A program made the translations under genes and the position numbers. Shown here piece by piece: positions 27,217-39,603 of a DNA stretch of 64,000 nt. A model generated the notes under the pieces. The model made no database searches, was not told where the DNA came from, and was given only the letters and a program-made list of their open reading frames with translations. Every line of letters starts with the position of its first letter. The stretch's first letter is position 1. The stretch spans positions 116,296,130 to 116,360,129 of the forward strand of contig NC_068982.1 of the NCBI RefSeq assembly GCF_001194135.2, read 5' to 3'. This DNA comes from Octopus bimaculoides (Eukaryota).

Positions 27217-29699
27217 TTTAACTAAAATTTGCTAAGGTGGTGCCTTAGCATGGCTGTAGTCTAACGACTGAAACAAGTAAAAGACACACATACATAATAA
27301 TTTAACTTTTGTTTTATGCTGTCATAGATTGGGTGAGCAGTAAACCAATGTTCTACACATCTCTGCCATTAACAACATATCACTCTGGCCTTGACATTGC
27401 ATCTAGGGAGTGCTTCCAGCTGTTTAAAGTTTCCTATTGTTGCTGGTGGCCTTGTATTTATCTTAGACATCCTTACTATTATTCTTGGCATAGTCCTTGA
27501 TAGAAACAGTACAGTGTCAGTTTGGTCCTTGACAGAAGTGTTTGCACTTTTGCCGTGTCCCTCTAAATTCAATTAACTTTGCCTGTGGTTCTTGTGGGGA
27601 TCAATAAGCACGGGGCAGTTACACCCCTCACATACGAAGCAGATTTTCAATGATTGGATATATTTCTTTTTGTCAGCCTGCACCCGTTTCCAAGCAAGTT
27701 AATATTTCCCCATAGCCGGACATGTTTTCACAGAATATTAGAAATGAATGATACTGCGCTTGTGACAGACACTTGTTTACAGCTATCATGTGGTGTCAAG
27801 GCAAGAAGACACACACACACATTCATATATTTATATATATCATCATCATCATTTAACATCCATTGTCCATGCTGGCATGGGTTGAATGGTTTGACCAGAC
27901 CTGGCAAGCTGCACCAGACTCCAGTCTGATTTGTTGTGGTTTCTCTGGCTAGATGTACTTCCTAATGCTAGCCACTTCAGAGTGTGCTGGGTGCTTTTAT
28001 GTGGCACTGCATGGGCACTTGTACATGACCTTGTCACAATGCTTTTCACCACCAGAGGGACCAGTCTTAATACTTCTGCTGCAGAGACTGGTCCCTCTGG
28101 TGGTGAAAACCACTCATGGCAGACGCACAGTGGCCTCTTTCAGTTTCATTCTACCAAATCCACTGAAAAAGCTTTTGTTGACTTGAGTCTGTAGTAGGGG
28201 ACTCTCGCCAAAGGTGTCATGCAGTGGGACTGAACTCAAAACCATGTGGTTGACAAGCAAACTTCTTAACCACTCAGCCAAGAGTCAGTTATTTATCAAT
28301 GAATATTTCATATGTCAGGGATCTGAATATGTGTAGATTTTTTGTACCGTTTATTAATAAATGAGTGAAACTGTTGTAAATAAAATGTTTACTTGTAAAT
28401 GAAACAATATTGTTTACAAATAACAGTTAATTAGAATAGTTAGTATATAGCACTAAAGTTATTGAGTAGTTGAATGATTTTTAAAATTATAATTTGTAAG
28501 CAGAAGTGAAATGTTAGAGTTTTCCTTAAAGCTAGTATGTTTCTTAGCCTTTGTTCTGTTCAGATTTCACTGTGCGCAACACTCCCTTGGAGAATATGGA
28601 ACAGATAGTGAGTGAGGAATAGGGAAAAGTAATTTCTTAAACAACCTCTTATATCTTCTTTATAGGCAGCTTACTCATCATCATCATTTCACTTGCTGAT
28701 TAATTCTTAAAATCAAACGTCATGATATAAGCTTGTGTATGCTAGAAATGTTAAGATAACCTATGTCAGAAATGTCAAGGTAATGTGAGAGCCAACGTAA
28801 GCACCTTAATCCATTAATACAGTGACTAAGTCTGCCTTGATGTGTATATATATATATATATATATATTATATAAATATCAGAATTCTGCAAACCACATGA
28901 ATAATTTGTGTATATATTTCTTCTCTCCTGATTTTCTACCATTGTTTTAGAGACAAACTTTTCTTTTGGAGAGGATGCTGGACCATTCAAATTATTTTCT
29001 TCATTCAGGCCAGATACTGTAAACTAATGTGTGCCGAATTATGTCTTGTTCAGAGTTATAGAATTTGAACTCACAACTTTTGAGTCTGGCGTCTTAAGTT
29101 TCAAGCCATTGAAAGAGCCTCTACATCAGTCATGAGTAAACTGCAGCTTGTGAGACTTCCTGAATGGCATATGCCAATCAAAAATTTACCTTGAATTTTT
29201 TTTATTTATTATTTTTTTTTTTTTTATGCAGCTTGTCTGAAGTTGAAAATGGTTGCCCATGCCTGCTTTACATGATAGCTTGACATGCTAGAAATAGGTT
29301 AAATTTCTCTCAAATCACAATATTCTTCCATTTTACAAAATTGTGCATAGCTAAGGTACAATAAATATAAACTGTTGACTTGTCCTTGCTTATTTCTGAA
29401 TTCATTTCTTCTCTCATGGTAATCCTACTGTTTAAATTGTGAAGTCAATCCTGTTAGTTTTCTTCTAAAATTGTGTTTCTGTCATCTGGTTGGTGTTTGT
29501 TCTTCCTGGTTAAAAGTACATAAAGTGCAACTTTGGCTAATTCAACTGGATTATCTTCCAGTTGTCAAGGTTGTAGAATTGTGATCTGGCTTAATTTAAT
29601 AGGATTCTTTTACTTGCTAATTTGATCACTTAATATATTAGATTATGAGATTTCATACAGCTCAGTGGCAGATACCAATTGAATAGTCATTTTCATTAT

Positions 29700-30114
29700 A
29701 GCTGAATTCATGTTTGGTCATGTGTTAAAGAAGTTGTGAGGTAGTAGGGAGGCAAAATGCATTGCTTTGTTATATTTGGCAAGAACCTGTGATTTGGGCT
29801 TATGAGGCTGTTTATTCTCCAGATCAACTTTGATTAAAGGATGTTCTGTGACCATCATGTCTTTGTTTTTCAGATATGGTGTATCTGGTATTACATTTTT
29901 TTTCTGGGACACAGTAAGGTGTATTTTAAAGGAGATTTACCTGCCATTGCTTGCACATCAAAAGGCATTGTAGAGTCTTCCTACTGTTAGTGAAGAAGTT
30001 GTTTTTAATGGTAGCTGGAGTAAAAATTAAGACAGATAACCACTGGAATGAGATCACTTGACATAAACTGGATTTGTGTACCAAGACCCATGTTGTCATA
30101 AAGTAGTGGATCAA
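29700..30114 (-). mobile_element. Possible highly decayed piggyBac transposase fragment
   Basis: NNFFTN and KPKSQVLAKYNKAMH resemble DNFFTS and KPxxxxxYNKxMxGVD motifs. Confidence 0.35.
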
Positions 30115-30638
30115 ATAATATTGATGACTAATGAGCAGGAAATGATGGTACTGTAAGGTAAAAGGTATTGCGATATGTGAGTCTATAATTTTAATTAGAT
30201 TGTAGAGTAGCTCATTCCTTTACTGAACTCTTGCCAGGACTAACAATGGAATTGTGACACTTGATTTCACTGAATGTAGCTAATCGGTGATATGCTTAGA
30301 GAAGGTCTATTAAGCTTGAAAATAATATAGAAGTCATATGCTAACAAATACCTTACTGTTCTAACTGTGTTGTGTTTAGTGTTTCACATTCAGAAAATCT
30401 GTCTTTGGTTTTTTTTTTTGTCTCTTTATCATATACAGCAAGCTTACTTAGCTTTACCGTTCACTACTCATGGTTTTTTGTCCACTGTTGATGCATAACC
30501 ACCACTGACATATGTTCTACTTAGTTCACCCTCTTCCAATTCCTTTACTCCTGCTCAGGCTCCATCACTGTTCCCTACCACTTACATCTATATCAAACAC
30601 CTTAATCTCTGTTCTATATTTAAGAGATGAGGAATTAT

Positions 30639-31054
30639 GTACATTATTTACATTTGATGGATATTTGTCCTCATCTTGTTTGTTGTTAACACAACATTTT
30701 GGCTGATATACCCTCCAGCTTTCATCAGGTGTCTTGGGGAAATTTTGAACCTGGGTTCTCATTCTTAAGGTATTTTTCGATGTTATTATTATTATTATTC
30801 AGGTCACTGACTGGAATCGAACTCAGAATCTTGGGGTTAGTAACCCGTGCTCTTAACCCCAAGATTCCGAGTTCAATTCCAGGCAATGACCTGAATAATA
30901 ATAATAATAACATCGAAAAATACCTTAGGAATGAGAACCCAGGTTCGAAATTTCCCCAAGACACCTGATGAAGGCTGGAGGGTATATCAGCTGAAACGTT
31001 GTGTTAACAACAAACAAGATGAGGACAAATATCCGTCAAATGTAAAAAATGTAC
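30639..31054. repeat. Head-to-head palindrome of a tRNA-derived SINE with a Penelope-like tail
   Basis: Arms about 200 bp with few mismatches; 14-nt loop at 30840-30853; B-box-like GAGTTCAATTCC. Confidence 0.9.
30960..31005 (+). ncRNA. Minimal type I hammerhead ribozyme-like motif
   Basis: GACAC-CTGATGA-A-GGCTG(GAGGGTATAT)CAGCT-GAA-ACGT-T-GTGTT: stem I, core, stem II and palindromic stem III. Confidence 0.6.
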
Positions 31055-31586
31055 CTTGATCTCTTTATAAAAATCCAAGAGTTAAAAGAAGCCGTTTATT
31101 TTGGTTGTGATGAGGAATGAAACAGTCTGTATGACATAGTGAAAGACAAACACGGAATATTCACTGTTAATTGAGATTGCCCTTTTAAATAATTCAAATG
31201 ATTTGCATAATAATAAAACTTTTAGACACAGATAAACAATATAGCAATTTCTGATTACAGCTAACCAGTTACATCTTATATTTCTATACTAACTCTTCAA
31301 GCTTTGTTGTTGACTGAATAATTGTAAGACAAAAATTGGAATGTGTATGGAATGGCAATACCAGTTGTTTTAACTGAAACGAAATGCTTCAATCAGTGTT
31401 TTAGATATTTGGTGTTATAATTGTATTGAATGTGGAATGATGAACTGATATGATCCAAAGTGACCAAGAACAGCAGTACTATACGTCTCTAGATTAAAGC
31501 TCAACTTGTATCTGGTAAAATCAGTGTCTGGGTAGTTTTAATGTTACTTTGAACTATTTCATGTATATATATTTAAAATATATATA

Positions 31587-32427
31587 TCAAGTCATTAAGA
31601 ATGAAATGTCCAATTTTCTTATGTACCAAGTTTGACAGTTGTTTGAAGAGTTACATCATCACTTTTTGATGTCTGATTATATTGTGAGTTTTCTTTTGTA
31701 AATCAATTTTTGTGAACCCATGGAGAGATAAAAAATTTGTGTTGTTAATGAATATGGTTCCACCGTGGAACCAGTGCATCCCAGACAGCTCGAAACATCA
31801 ATGAGGTAAAATCAGCCCCGTGGTAGACTTGAGACCAAGGTGGATAATGAGCTGGAAACTGTAGTGGAAGCAGATACATCTCAAACTGACATGTGAGCAG
31901 TAAGGTTTGATGTTTCATTTTCAACTGTATTGGACCATCTTAAACAAATCAGCAAGGCAAAGAAGCTGGACAAATGAGTACCACACAAACTGAACGAGCA
32001 TCAAATGACACGTCATCTTGAAACTTTCTGTTCTTTGCCGTCATGGCATAAAAGCAAACCATTTTTGCATCGTATTGTTGTGTGTGATGAAAAATGGATT
32101 CTTTTCAACAATAGCAAGTGCATGGTGGTTGGATAGAGATGATGTGCCAAAACACATCAAAAAAATATTCACCATCATGTTTTCCAGGCATTAGACAACA
32201 TTTTGCAAGGAGAAAACTTCAAATCTGAAGGTGGAAAAACAGCCTTTCGTGATTTCATCACCTCTTGCTCTCCAGAATTCTTCGCTGTCGGCATAAGCTA
32301 CTGATAAAATGGTAAAATTGTGTTGATAATTTAGGTGCATACTTTGACTAACTGCATTGCTTTTTGCTGAGATGAAGTAAAATAAACTTTCAGTTTAAAA
32401 TCAGACATTTTATTCTTAATGACCTGA
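31587..32427 (+). mobile_element. Internally deleted mariner (Hsmar1/Mos1-like) with both TIRs and TA flanks
   Basis: TIRs TCAAGTCATTAAGAATGAAATGTC and GACATTTTATTCTTAATGACCTGA; coding remnants K*VPHKL and FLHRIVVCDEKWILF. Confidence 0.85.
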
Positions 32428-33435
32428 TATAACTGTTGTCCTTCAAATAAAGCTGTGACTTCTTAAACTTACTTTCTGCACCCATCAAAGTTGCTGAAAT
32501 AAAGGAAAACTGAAATATAAAATGAACATTGAGGAATTAATTCATTAAAATTGCTTTATTTTTAATGTTATTTATCTAATATTTCTTTCACTTTTTTTTT
32601 TTTTTAGATTTCAGACACATATCTGCTGCAAACACAGACACCCAATGTTGATTCCTTAAGATCGTTTTTATTGTGAACTAATCCAGGTATCTATTGATTT
32701 CATTAAACATTCTTTTGAATATGTGAATGGTTTGAGTGCATTAGCTAGTAGTGTCTGATACAAGAGAAATAGCCTTGATCAAGCAGAACCTACAATCAAA
32801 ACAATTCAGCCATGACTGTCATGACCTTTCTCTTATGACATTATATCTAATATTACACTATTTCATGTCTTTTTTTTTTTTTTCCTTCAAAGACAATAAA
32901 CCACTGTTTCCAGCAGGTAGAATCAGGCTCGCTTATTGGTTTGTTATGCCTAAGAAACAGTTATTGGTATCTTCTATTATGTCGTAATATCATTTGTTAC
33001 TTTGAAGCTTCTATCTGCTGTATAATATAACAGTAATATTAACTTGGAAATATTTTGATGGAATACTAGTTTTTCTTGATCCTAAGCTCATGGCCTATTT
33101 AGTATAATCTGGTGGTGTGCAGTGGCAACAGGAGATAGTGATTACATAGGAGAATTTGATATACATTTTCTCTAGTTCGGTAATCTGTAAAGAAGTTTTG
33201 TGTTTCTATTAAAGTTCATCACTGACCTGTTGATATATATCTGAGAAACTAGTATTTTTTTCTTTCTAATTTTGATTTTGAATCCTAGACACATGTATGG
33301 TCATGCAGATAAAGATTTCACTTCATAACTGCATGATTTTGGGTTCCATCCCAGTGTGTGAAACTATGAGCATGTGTTTTCTACTATAAGCCTCAGATTG
33401 GCTAATGTCTTTTGGATGAAATTGGTAAATGGAAA

Positions 33436-33467
<32 letters not shown>

Positions 33468-33470
<3 letters not shown>

Positions 33471-34020
33471 GTCCCAAAATTAAGGAAATCAACTTTTTCT
33501 AATTTTACCAAAGCAAAATATTGTTATAATTTCGGGTCTGAGTGTTGCAGTGCAATAGTAAACACAATCAGGACACTGCCACATTTATTCGATATGAGCA
33601 CCTCTGTTTCAAATCACAGCCTTAAGTCTAGGTGTGAATGCTTCACATGTGGCACGTAGCTGTTCTTGCTGAATCGAAGCCCATTCCTGGCGCAGTTTTG
33701 CCTTTAGAGCATTGAGCTAAGCATGAGGAGTGCTTGAGACCCACATCTCCAAAATGGACCAAACAGAAAAATCCACTGGGTTAAGATGGGGGTTTCTTGA
33801 GGGCCATACATCCTTACCTATGAATGACAATGTTTTTCTGAATTCAGTGTTGTACCTGTTTGGAGCTGTGGGGATGGTGTCAAGTCCTGCCAGACACTCC
33901 AAGGTATATCTTGAAAGGGCTCATTCGCCCATGGAAACAGTTCAACTTCCAGAATGTTGCTAAAGTATCACTGGGTGTTAATTTTAACACCCGAGGGCAC
34001 AAAAACAAGAGGAGACCTTC
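33468..34020 (-). mobile_element. maT/DD37D-type Tc1/mariner transposase C-terminal remnant with one TIR
   Basis: GRSPLVFVPSGVKIN...WPSRNPHLNPVDFSVWSILE...LRATCEAFTPRLKAVI*NRGAHIE; CAGTGTCCCAAAATT end at about 33468. Confidence 0.8.
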
Positions 34021-34519
34021 GAATGGCTGTCACTGGAGGTGAATGTAATGTGTGATGAACAAGGGTGGAGGTGCAGTTGAGGGAAATAAGTGTGGAGATG
34101 GGTAAGGTGAGATATATAGTAGTGTTTCAGGAAGGAGAATAGATCAGAACATTGCTGAGTGATGTGCAAAGTGTTGGAGTAGTGGGGGGGGGGGNNNNNN
34201 NNNNNNNNNNNNNNNNNNNNNNNNNNNNNNNNNNNNNNNNNNNNNNNNNNNNNNNNNNNNNNNNNNNNNNNNNNNNNNNNNNATAGTAAGCGAGGGGGGG
34301 GGGCATGAAACCTAGAAAGTTCTTTTCTAGGTCACTTTCCTGTGCAAAGTTTCTTCATGGAAGACCAGCAGTTGTCTGGGTAGAAAATCTCCCGTTCTCC
34401 CTCCCACCAATGTCATCCAAGGGAACAAAACACATGTAAACAAAAATAGATGTATCGACATCCTTTACTAATCCTAAACAGTACTGGGATGCCTGCCATC
34501 AATAAGTGCAGGATGAAGA

Positions 34520-34880
34520 TCAGATTGTACAACACTTGTTAGAACTGTGAAGTTGCTTAGTAGCAAGATGGGCCTTAACTGCTGAAGACTTGAAAGAAAC
34601 ACTGTGATGGGTGTGTAGTGTTTGTGTGCATGAGCACCAGAGTATAAATGAACTAAGAGAAAATCTGGGTATTAAAGGAATCAGGTGTAGTGTGCAAAAG
34701 AGGGAGCTGTACTCTAAAGGGCCAGTGAGGCATATGGAGGATGACTGTTGCATATAAGGGTGCTACATACTTCAAATTAATGAAAGTTGTGGAACAGAAT
34801 GACCAAAGAAGGCTTAGGAGAAAGGAGGGAAGGTTGACCTGAAAATGCTACATCTCCCAGAGGAAATAACAAAAGGAAAA
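34520..34880 (+). mobile_element. Old RTE RT C-terminal remnant
   Basis: Degenerate KIRLYNTC...WALTAEDL...LRENLGIKGIRCSVQKRELY similar to 15400-15700. Confidence 0.6.
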
Positions 34881-35022
34881 AAACATACTGACATCAATAT
34901 ATGGTGCTGCAGAATGCCTGTCCACCTCTACCAAAATGTACTCTAATACATGGATAGTATTTAAGAAACTGTGATTGTGTGTGTCTGTGTAATATATATA
35001 AAATCCCATCACTGTTAACCAC

Positions 35023-35081
<59 letters not shown>

Positions 35082-35151
35082 ATGATTGTATATGTGTCTA
35101 TTGCTTTTGTTTTTATTTTTGAAAATTTTTATGTTTTCAATTAAATTTCAG

Positions 35152-35427
35152 AAATTTTCTGGACTTCTAGATTTCCCAATGTACACCATGTCTGGACCAG
35201 AGAGAAAGATTTCCTCCAGCATGGAGGAATCTTCACTTCTACAGAAATTCTCTAAGCCCTCGACAAACCATTCGGAGCCGATCTCTATTCTTAAAAGAGA
35301 TTCCTCGGACCATAAGCAACCTGCATCAGACTTGAATTCCTCGGCCAGTGCCATTTCCTGGTTTTTCAAAAGATCCATGCCAATGTCAGAGCGAGAAATA
35401 AATGCTATGGCACCTTTATCATCTTGA
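35152..35427 (+). CDS. Uncharacterised gene 2, terminal exon (paralog of gene 1; ends ISWFFKRSMPMSEREINAMAPLSS*)
   Basis: Pyrimidine-rich acceptor ending atttcag at 35151; 91 open codons; clear C-terminal similarity to gene 1. Start uncertain (internal ATG in MYTMSGP or an upstream exon). Confidence 0.75.
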   Translation, partial: KFSGLLDFPMYTMSGPERKISSSMEESSLLQKFSKPSTNHSEPISILKRDSSDHKQPASDLNSSASAISWFFKRSMPMSEREINAMAPLSS

Positions 35428-37084
35428 AGGAAAGATTTCTGTGGCTTAAGATTTTTTTCGCCATTGGTTATAGATACTTTTTAAATATATTTATTAAAAA
35501 GAAAAAGAACAGTAAAAAACAACACTAATAAGAGTTGTTATTGTATGTAAACATTAATTGGATAAAATACATAAAAACAAAAGGATTTCAAATTTCATGG
35601 CATCAGTGTGTTGTAGTTAGCATTAATATAAACATTTGGTGCTTGTTTGAAATGATTGGAATCTTAAATAGGAGCCAGTAGCTTTTGATAACAAAGGTGA
35701 GTGTTTTTGTTGAATATAACAACACTCACTGCCTTCTTTTATGTGTACCTCTGCCAGCTTTGTTTGACCAAACTTATGTTGTGTTTTACCAGTGGTTGTT
35801 CATATGTGAAATGGCAAAAATGAGAAATCACACAAGAGGAGATGGACCACAACAACAACAGCAAAGACAAAATTTCAACATGTTACACTTACATAAATAT
35901 CTATCCTCATCTATAAATTCTATATGTATCATACATCTATCTACAGCTTCACACAATATCAGAGACATGCATACATGTTGTACACATATCTGGCCCACTA
36001 AGGTCAGCTAAGAATAGGGGATTAAATATGTATGAACATGTGTATTTGTATGTGTAAATGTATATGGGTGCGAATGTGTGTGTGTGTGTGTGTATGTATG
36101 TGCGTATGTATGTGGGTATATGTGTTACTTATGCATTTATTTTGCCTGTATGTACTGGAATAAAAATCCAGTTGCTTTATTTTCAGTTGAACTATATAAC
36201 CTTTGGGCCAAAGAAATCTAATAAATTATATTCTGTATTTGCCGTTTTATTTTGTTTAAATTTTACTTTCTATTGATCTGTTGAGACAATTGATACTTTG
36301 GCAGTGGACTTGCAGAAGCAACTGAGTCAAACAAAATTCCTCACAGTATTTACTTACAGCTCTTGTATGTGTCTTTTGGATTGTAACTTATGCAAAAGTA
36401 AGTCAAGATTTTACTGGAAAAAACTGGATTTGTTGACCTCTGAAAAAGACCTTTGACAAGGTTGCTAAAACTAGGGTCAGATGGCTGGCTTATGAGTGCC
36501 ATTCAAGTCATGTACAAAAGTGTACACTTGTGATTAATGCTGAGGAAAAAGATGTGCAGCAGATGCATCTCAAGTAAACCCAACAAGTGGTAGGTTATCT
36601 TTATCTTAAATTAGTTTCTATAAATATTCATTGGTTGTTGAACTATTTTAGACTATCACCACATATATCTCACTTGGTGGTAGAGAAGGAATTGATTATG
36701 AGCAGATCTAACATTTCCCTCATTACAGAGACGACATTGTATAGTGTACCGAAGAGAATCTTTGGAGATGGGCAGTAAATGGAGACTATCCCGGTGCAAG
36801 ATGTAGATGTTTTATATATCCCAGTTTCATCAAAATAACAGCAACAACAATAATAATCCTTTATACTATATGCACAAGGCCCAAAATTTGAGAGGAGGGG
36901 ATTAGTCGATTACCTTGACCCCAGTGTTCAACTAGTACTCATTTTATGGACCCTGAAATGATGAAAGGCAAAGTCGACTTTGGTGGAATTTAACCTCAGA
37001 ATGTACAGACAGACGAAATACTGCTAAGTATTTTGCTCGGCGTGCTAATGATTTTGTCAGCTCACTGCCTCAATAATGATAATA

Positions 37085-37480
37085 GCACAAACCAGAAGGC
37101 GTTGTAGAAAATGACCATTCCAAGATTTTATGGGATTTTATGACACAATGTGATTATGAAACTGAACATCGCAAACCAGATATTCTGGTGATTAACAAAG
37201 TCAACAATTATTGTTTGATTCTAGGTGTGGCTTGTTCCGCTGACTATAAACTTTATGAGAAAGAATTGAAGATTGAAAGATATGAACTACTAGCATGGGA
37301 AAGAAATCGTTTGTGGGCGATGGAAAAAGGTTGAGTTGATTTCAGTTGTCAGGGTGCTTGATATTGTGAACACCAGAACTGAAAATTACCTTAAAAACTT
37401 GGACAGCACCAGAGAGGGGAACTTACAGAACACACCACTCCTTGAAACTGTTAGAATACTTAGAAAAGTGCTTGACAACT
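37085..37480 (+). mobile_element. R4/Dong-like LINE C-terminal restriction-like endonuclease remnant
   Basis: PEGVVENDHSKILWDFMTQCDYETEHRKPDILVINK...KIERYELLAWERNRLW matches the RLE pattern (KILWDF..RxPD..K.EKY). Confidence 0.85.
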
Positions 37481-37576
37481 GAAAGTGCCACCTCAGTCTA
37501 CTTGATGTGGACAGCTGGCACTGGTATTATACCAGCAGCAAATACGGCCAGAGTATGTCAATATCTTCATGCAGAA

Positions 37577-37789
37577 GGTGGCGAGCTGGCAGAAACGTAA
37601 GCATGCCAGGCAAAATGCTTGGTGGTATTTCGTCTGTCTTTACGTTCTGAGTTCAAATTCCACTGAGGTCAACTTTGCTTCTCATCCTTTCGGGGTTGAT
37701 AAATTAAGTACCAGTTCTGTACTGGGGTCGATCTAATCGATGGCCCTCACCCCCAAAATTTCAGGCCTTGTGCCTAGAGTACAAAAGAA
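37577..37789 (+). mobile_element. tRNA-derived SINE family (copies at about 20560-20970 +, 36860-37075 -, 47347-47542 -, 52930-53090 -, 55440-55640 -)
   Basis: GGCGAGCTGGCAGAA...GAGTTCAAATTCC...GGGGTCGATCTAATCGA...GGCCTTGTGCC, recurring. Confidence 0.85.
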
Positions 37790-38488
37790 TATCTACATCA
37801 TACAGGGATAGTTGAATGGGGGGAAAGGCAAATATGTGTTTAACCATATGTCTGACCTGGTGAAGTAAGCGTCCTCCAATTTGATAATGGAAATATGTTG
37901 AGATGTATACATCTCGTAAATATCTCTGAGCTTGATTTTCAAAGGTCGGTATCATTTTCACCATTCAACTACCCTTACTGGATGTACATTTTGAGATTCT
38001 TTGTGACACGTATTCACAAGATAAAACATTATATATTCAACATTAACAATATTCTGACTAAGTAGGTTGGCCTTTTAGCACACTCAGCTTTTAATTTAAA
38101 GGGATATAGTCTAGCTTCTAGGAATACAGTTATCATCCTTTATCTTAGAACATTTCTTCACATATTTTCTAACATAGTAGTCATGTCATATGAATTTGAA
38201 TGATTGTTGGATCGTGCATGGTACGACTTATCAAGTGCGTTTGTATTATAGTCCTTTCTGAGCATGAATCTTGAAGTATCTCACATAAAACTCTAGAACT
38301 GTCTGTCTGTCAATGTATAGTACAAGGAGAATTTTAAAAAAAGCATAAAGAAAAAACATTAAATGCAGTTGAGGTTATAGTCTGATGCTTTCCATCTTTT
38401 ATTTGACTGTATAACTGGTTTTAATGTATTTTACTCCTGAGCACAAGTAAGTGGTTTCTTCAGCATCTTCTTTACTGTGCTCTTGTTG

Positions 38489-38581
38489 TCATTCATTTTC
38501 AAATCGATGATAACTGAAGTTGCCGCTATCTTCATCATCTGTGTACTTACTGTTTCCTTTCTGAGTGTGACTTAATATTAC
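38489..38581 (-). CDS. SLC18A: SLC18-like terminal exon: VILSHTQKGNSKYTDDEDSGNFSYHRFENE*
   Basis: Strong acceptor ttcttcttttctccag and phase 0, as required. Starts VIL where VMAT2 has AIL; acidic tail. AATAAA on the minus strand at 38398-38403. Homology is weaker than for the TM exons. Confidence 0.75.
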   Translation of the reverse strand, partial: VILSHTQKGNSKYTDDEDSGNFSYHRFENE

Positions 38582-39559
38582 CTGGAGAAAAGAAGAAGGT
38601 ATGAGTCATTAGGGAAATGATTTTGGCTGTGTGTATGCTCAATGTAGAAAGGGATGTGTTTCTACTTTGTGGGAAGATGGCTGAATCCGTGTCAAGAGGA
38701 GGTGAAATGTTTCCTGGCTTGTGGTATGATGACGAGAAATTACAATAGAATATATAAACAAAAATATTCAAGATGGTGATACTCAGGTAGACAACAATAT
38801 TATCCATTCCCTAGTCATTGAAGGGTCATGGCTTGTTGGCAAAAGTTAAGTGTTGATGCAATACATCAAAGGACAGACAGCATGACAAAGTTCACTTCCA
38901 CACCATATTGTTGACTAATGTTTAATTTTGCAGGTCTGAGGAATCTACAGTGAGCTTACAGCTATTTTACAATACTTGACTGTCTTCTGTATTAGTTCAA
39001 GGGAATTCTTTCAACCAACTATAATGGGCTCTAGTCATAAACTTATTGACTGATATGAAGTTTACCAATAGCATGGAGTAGACACAACTAAAGATGATGT
39101 ACAAGAGTGCATGCAGCTATATAAGAGTTACTGTTCTTTCTCACATCAGCCATGATTGAGCAGACGTATATCCAAAGACGTTCTACTATTGACCATACAG
39201 TTATTTCAGATAAAACTGATCTTAGATTACATTATCCAGTAGCTCTTTTTATGACGATGAGATGTTTTGGCAGCGTATTTTGAATAAATTTGCATAGTGC
39301 AGATAACTACCAAAGGGCATTATTAGCTGCAACTGAAACGGACTTCAGTTTCCAAAGAATTACATTTTGCCAGGATTTATCCTTTTATCTGTTTCAGTTA
39401 TTTAACTGCGGCCATGCTGGAGCATCGCTGTTTGTCAAATTGACCTCAGGACTTCTTTGTAAGCCTAGTACTTAATCTATCGGTCTCTTTTGCCGAACCT
39501 CAAAGTTATGGAGATGTAAACACACCAACATCGGTTGTCAAGCGATGGAGGGGTGACAA

Positions 39560-39603
<44 letters not shown>

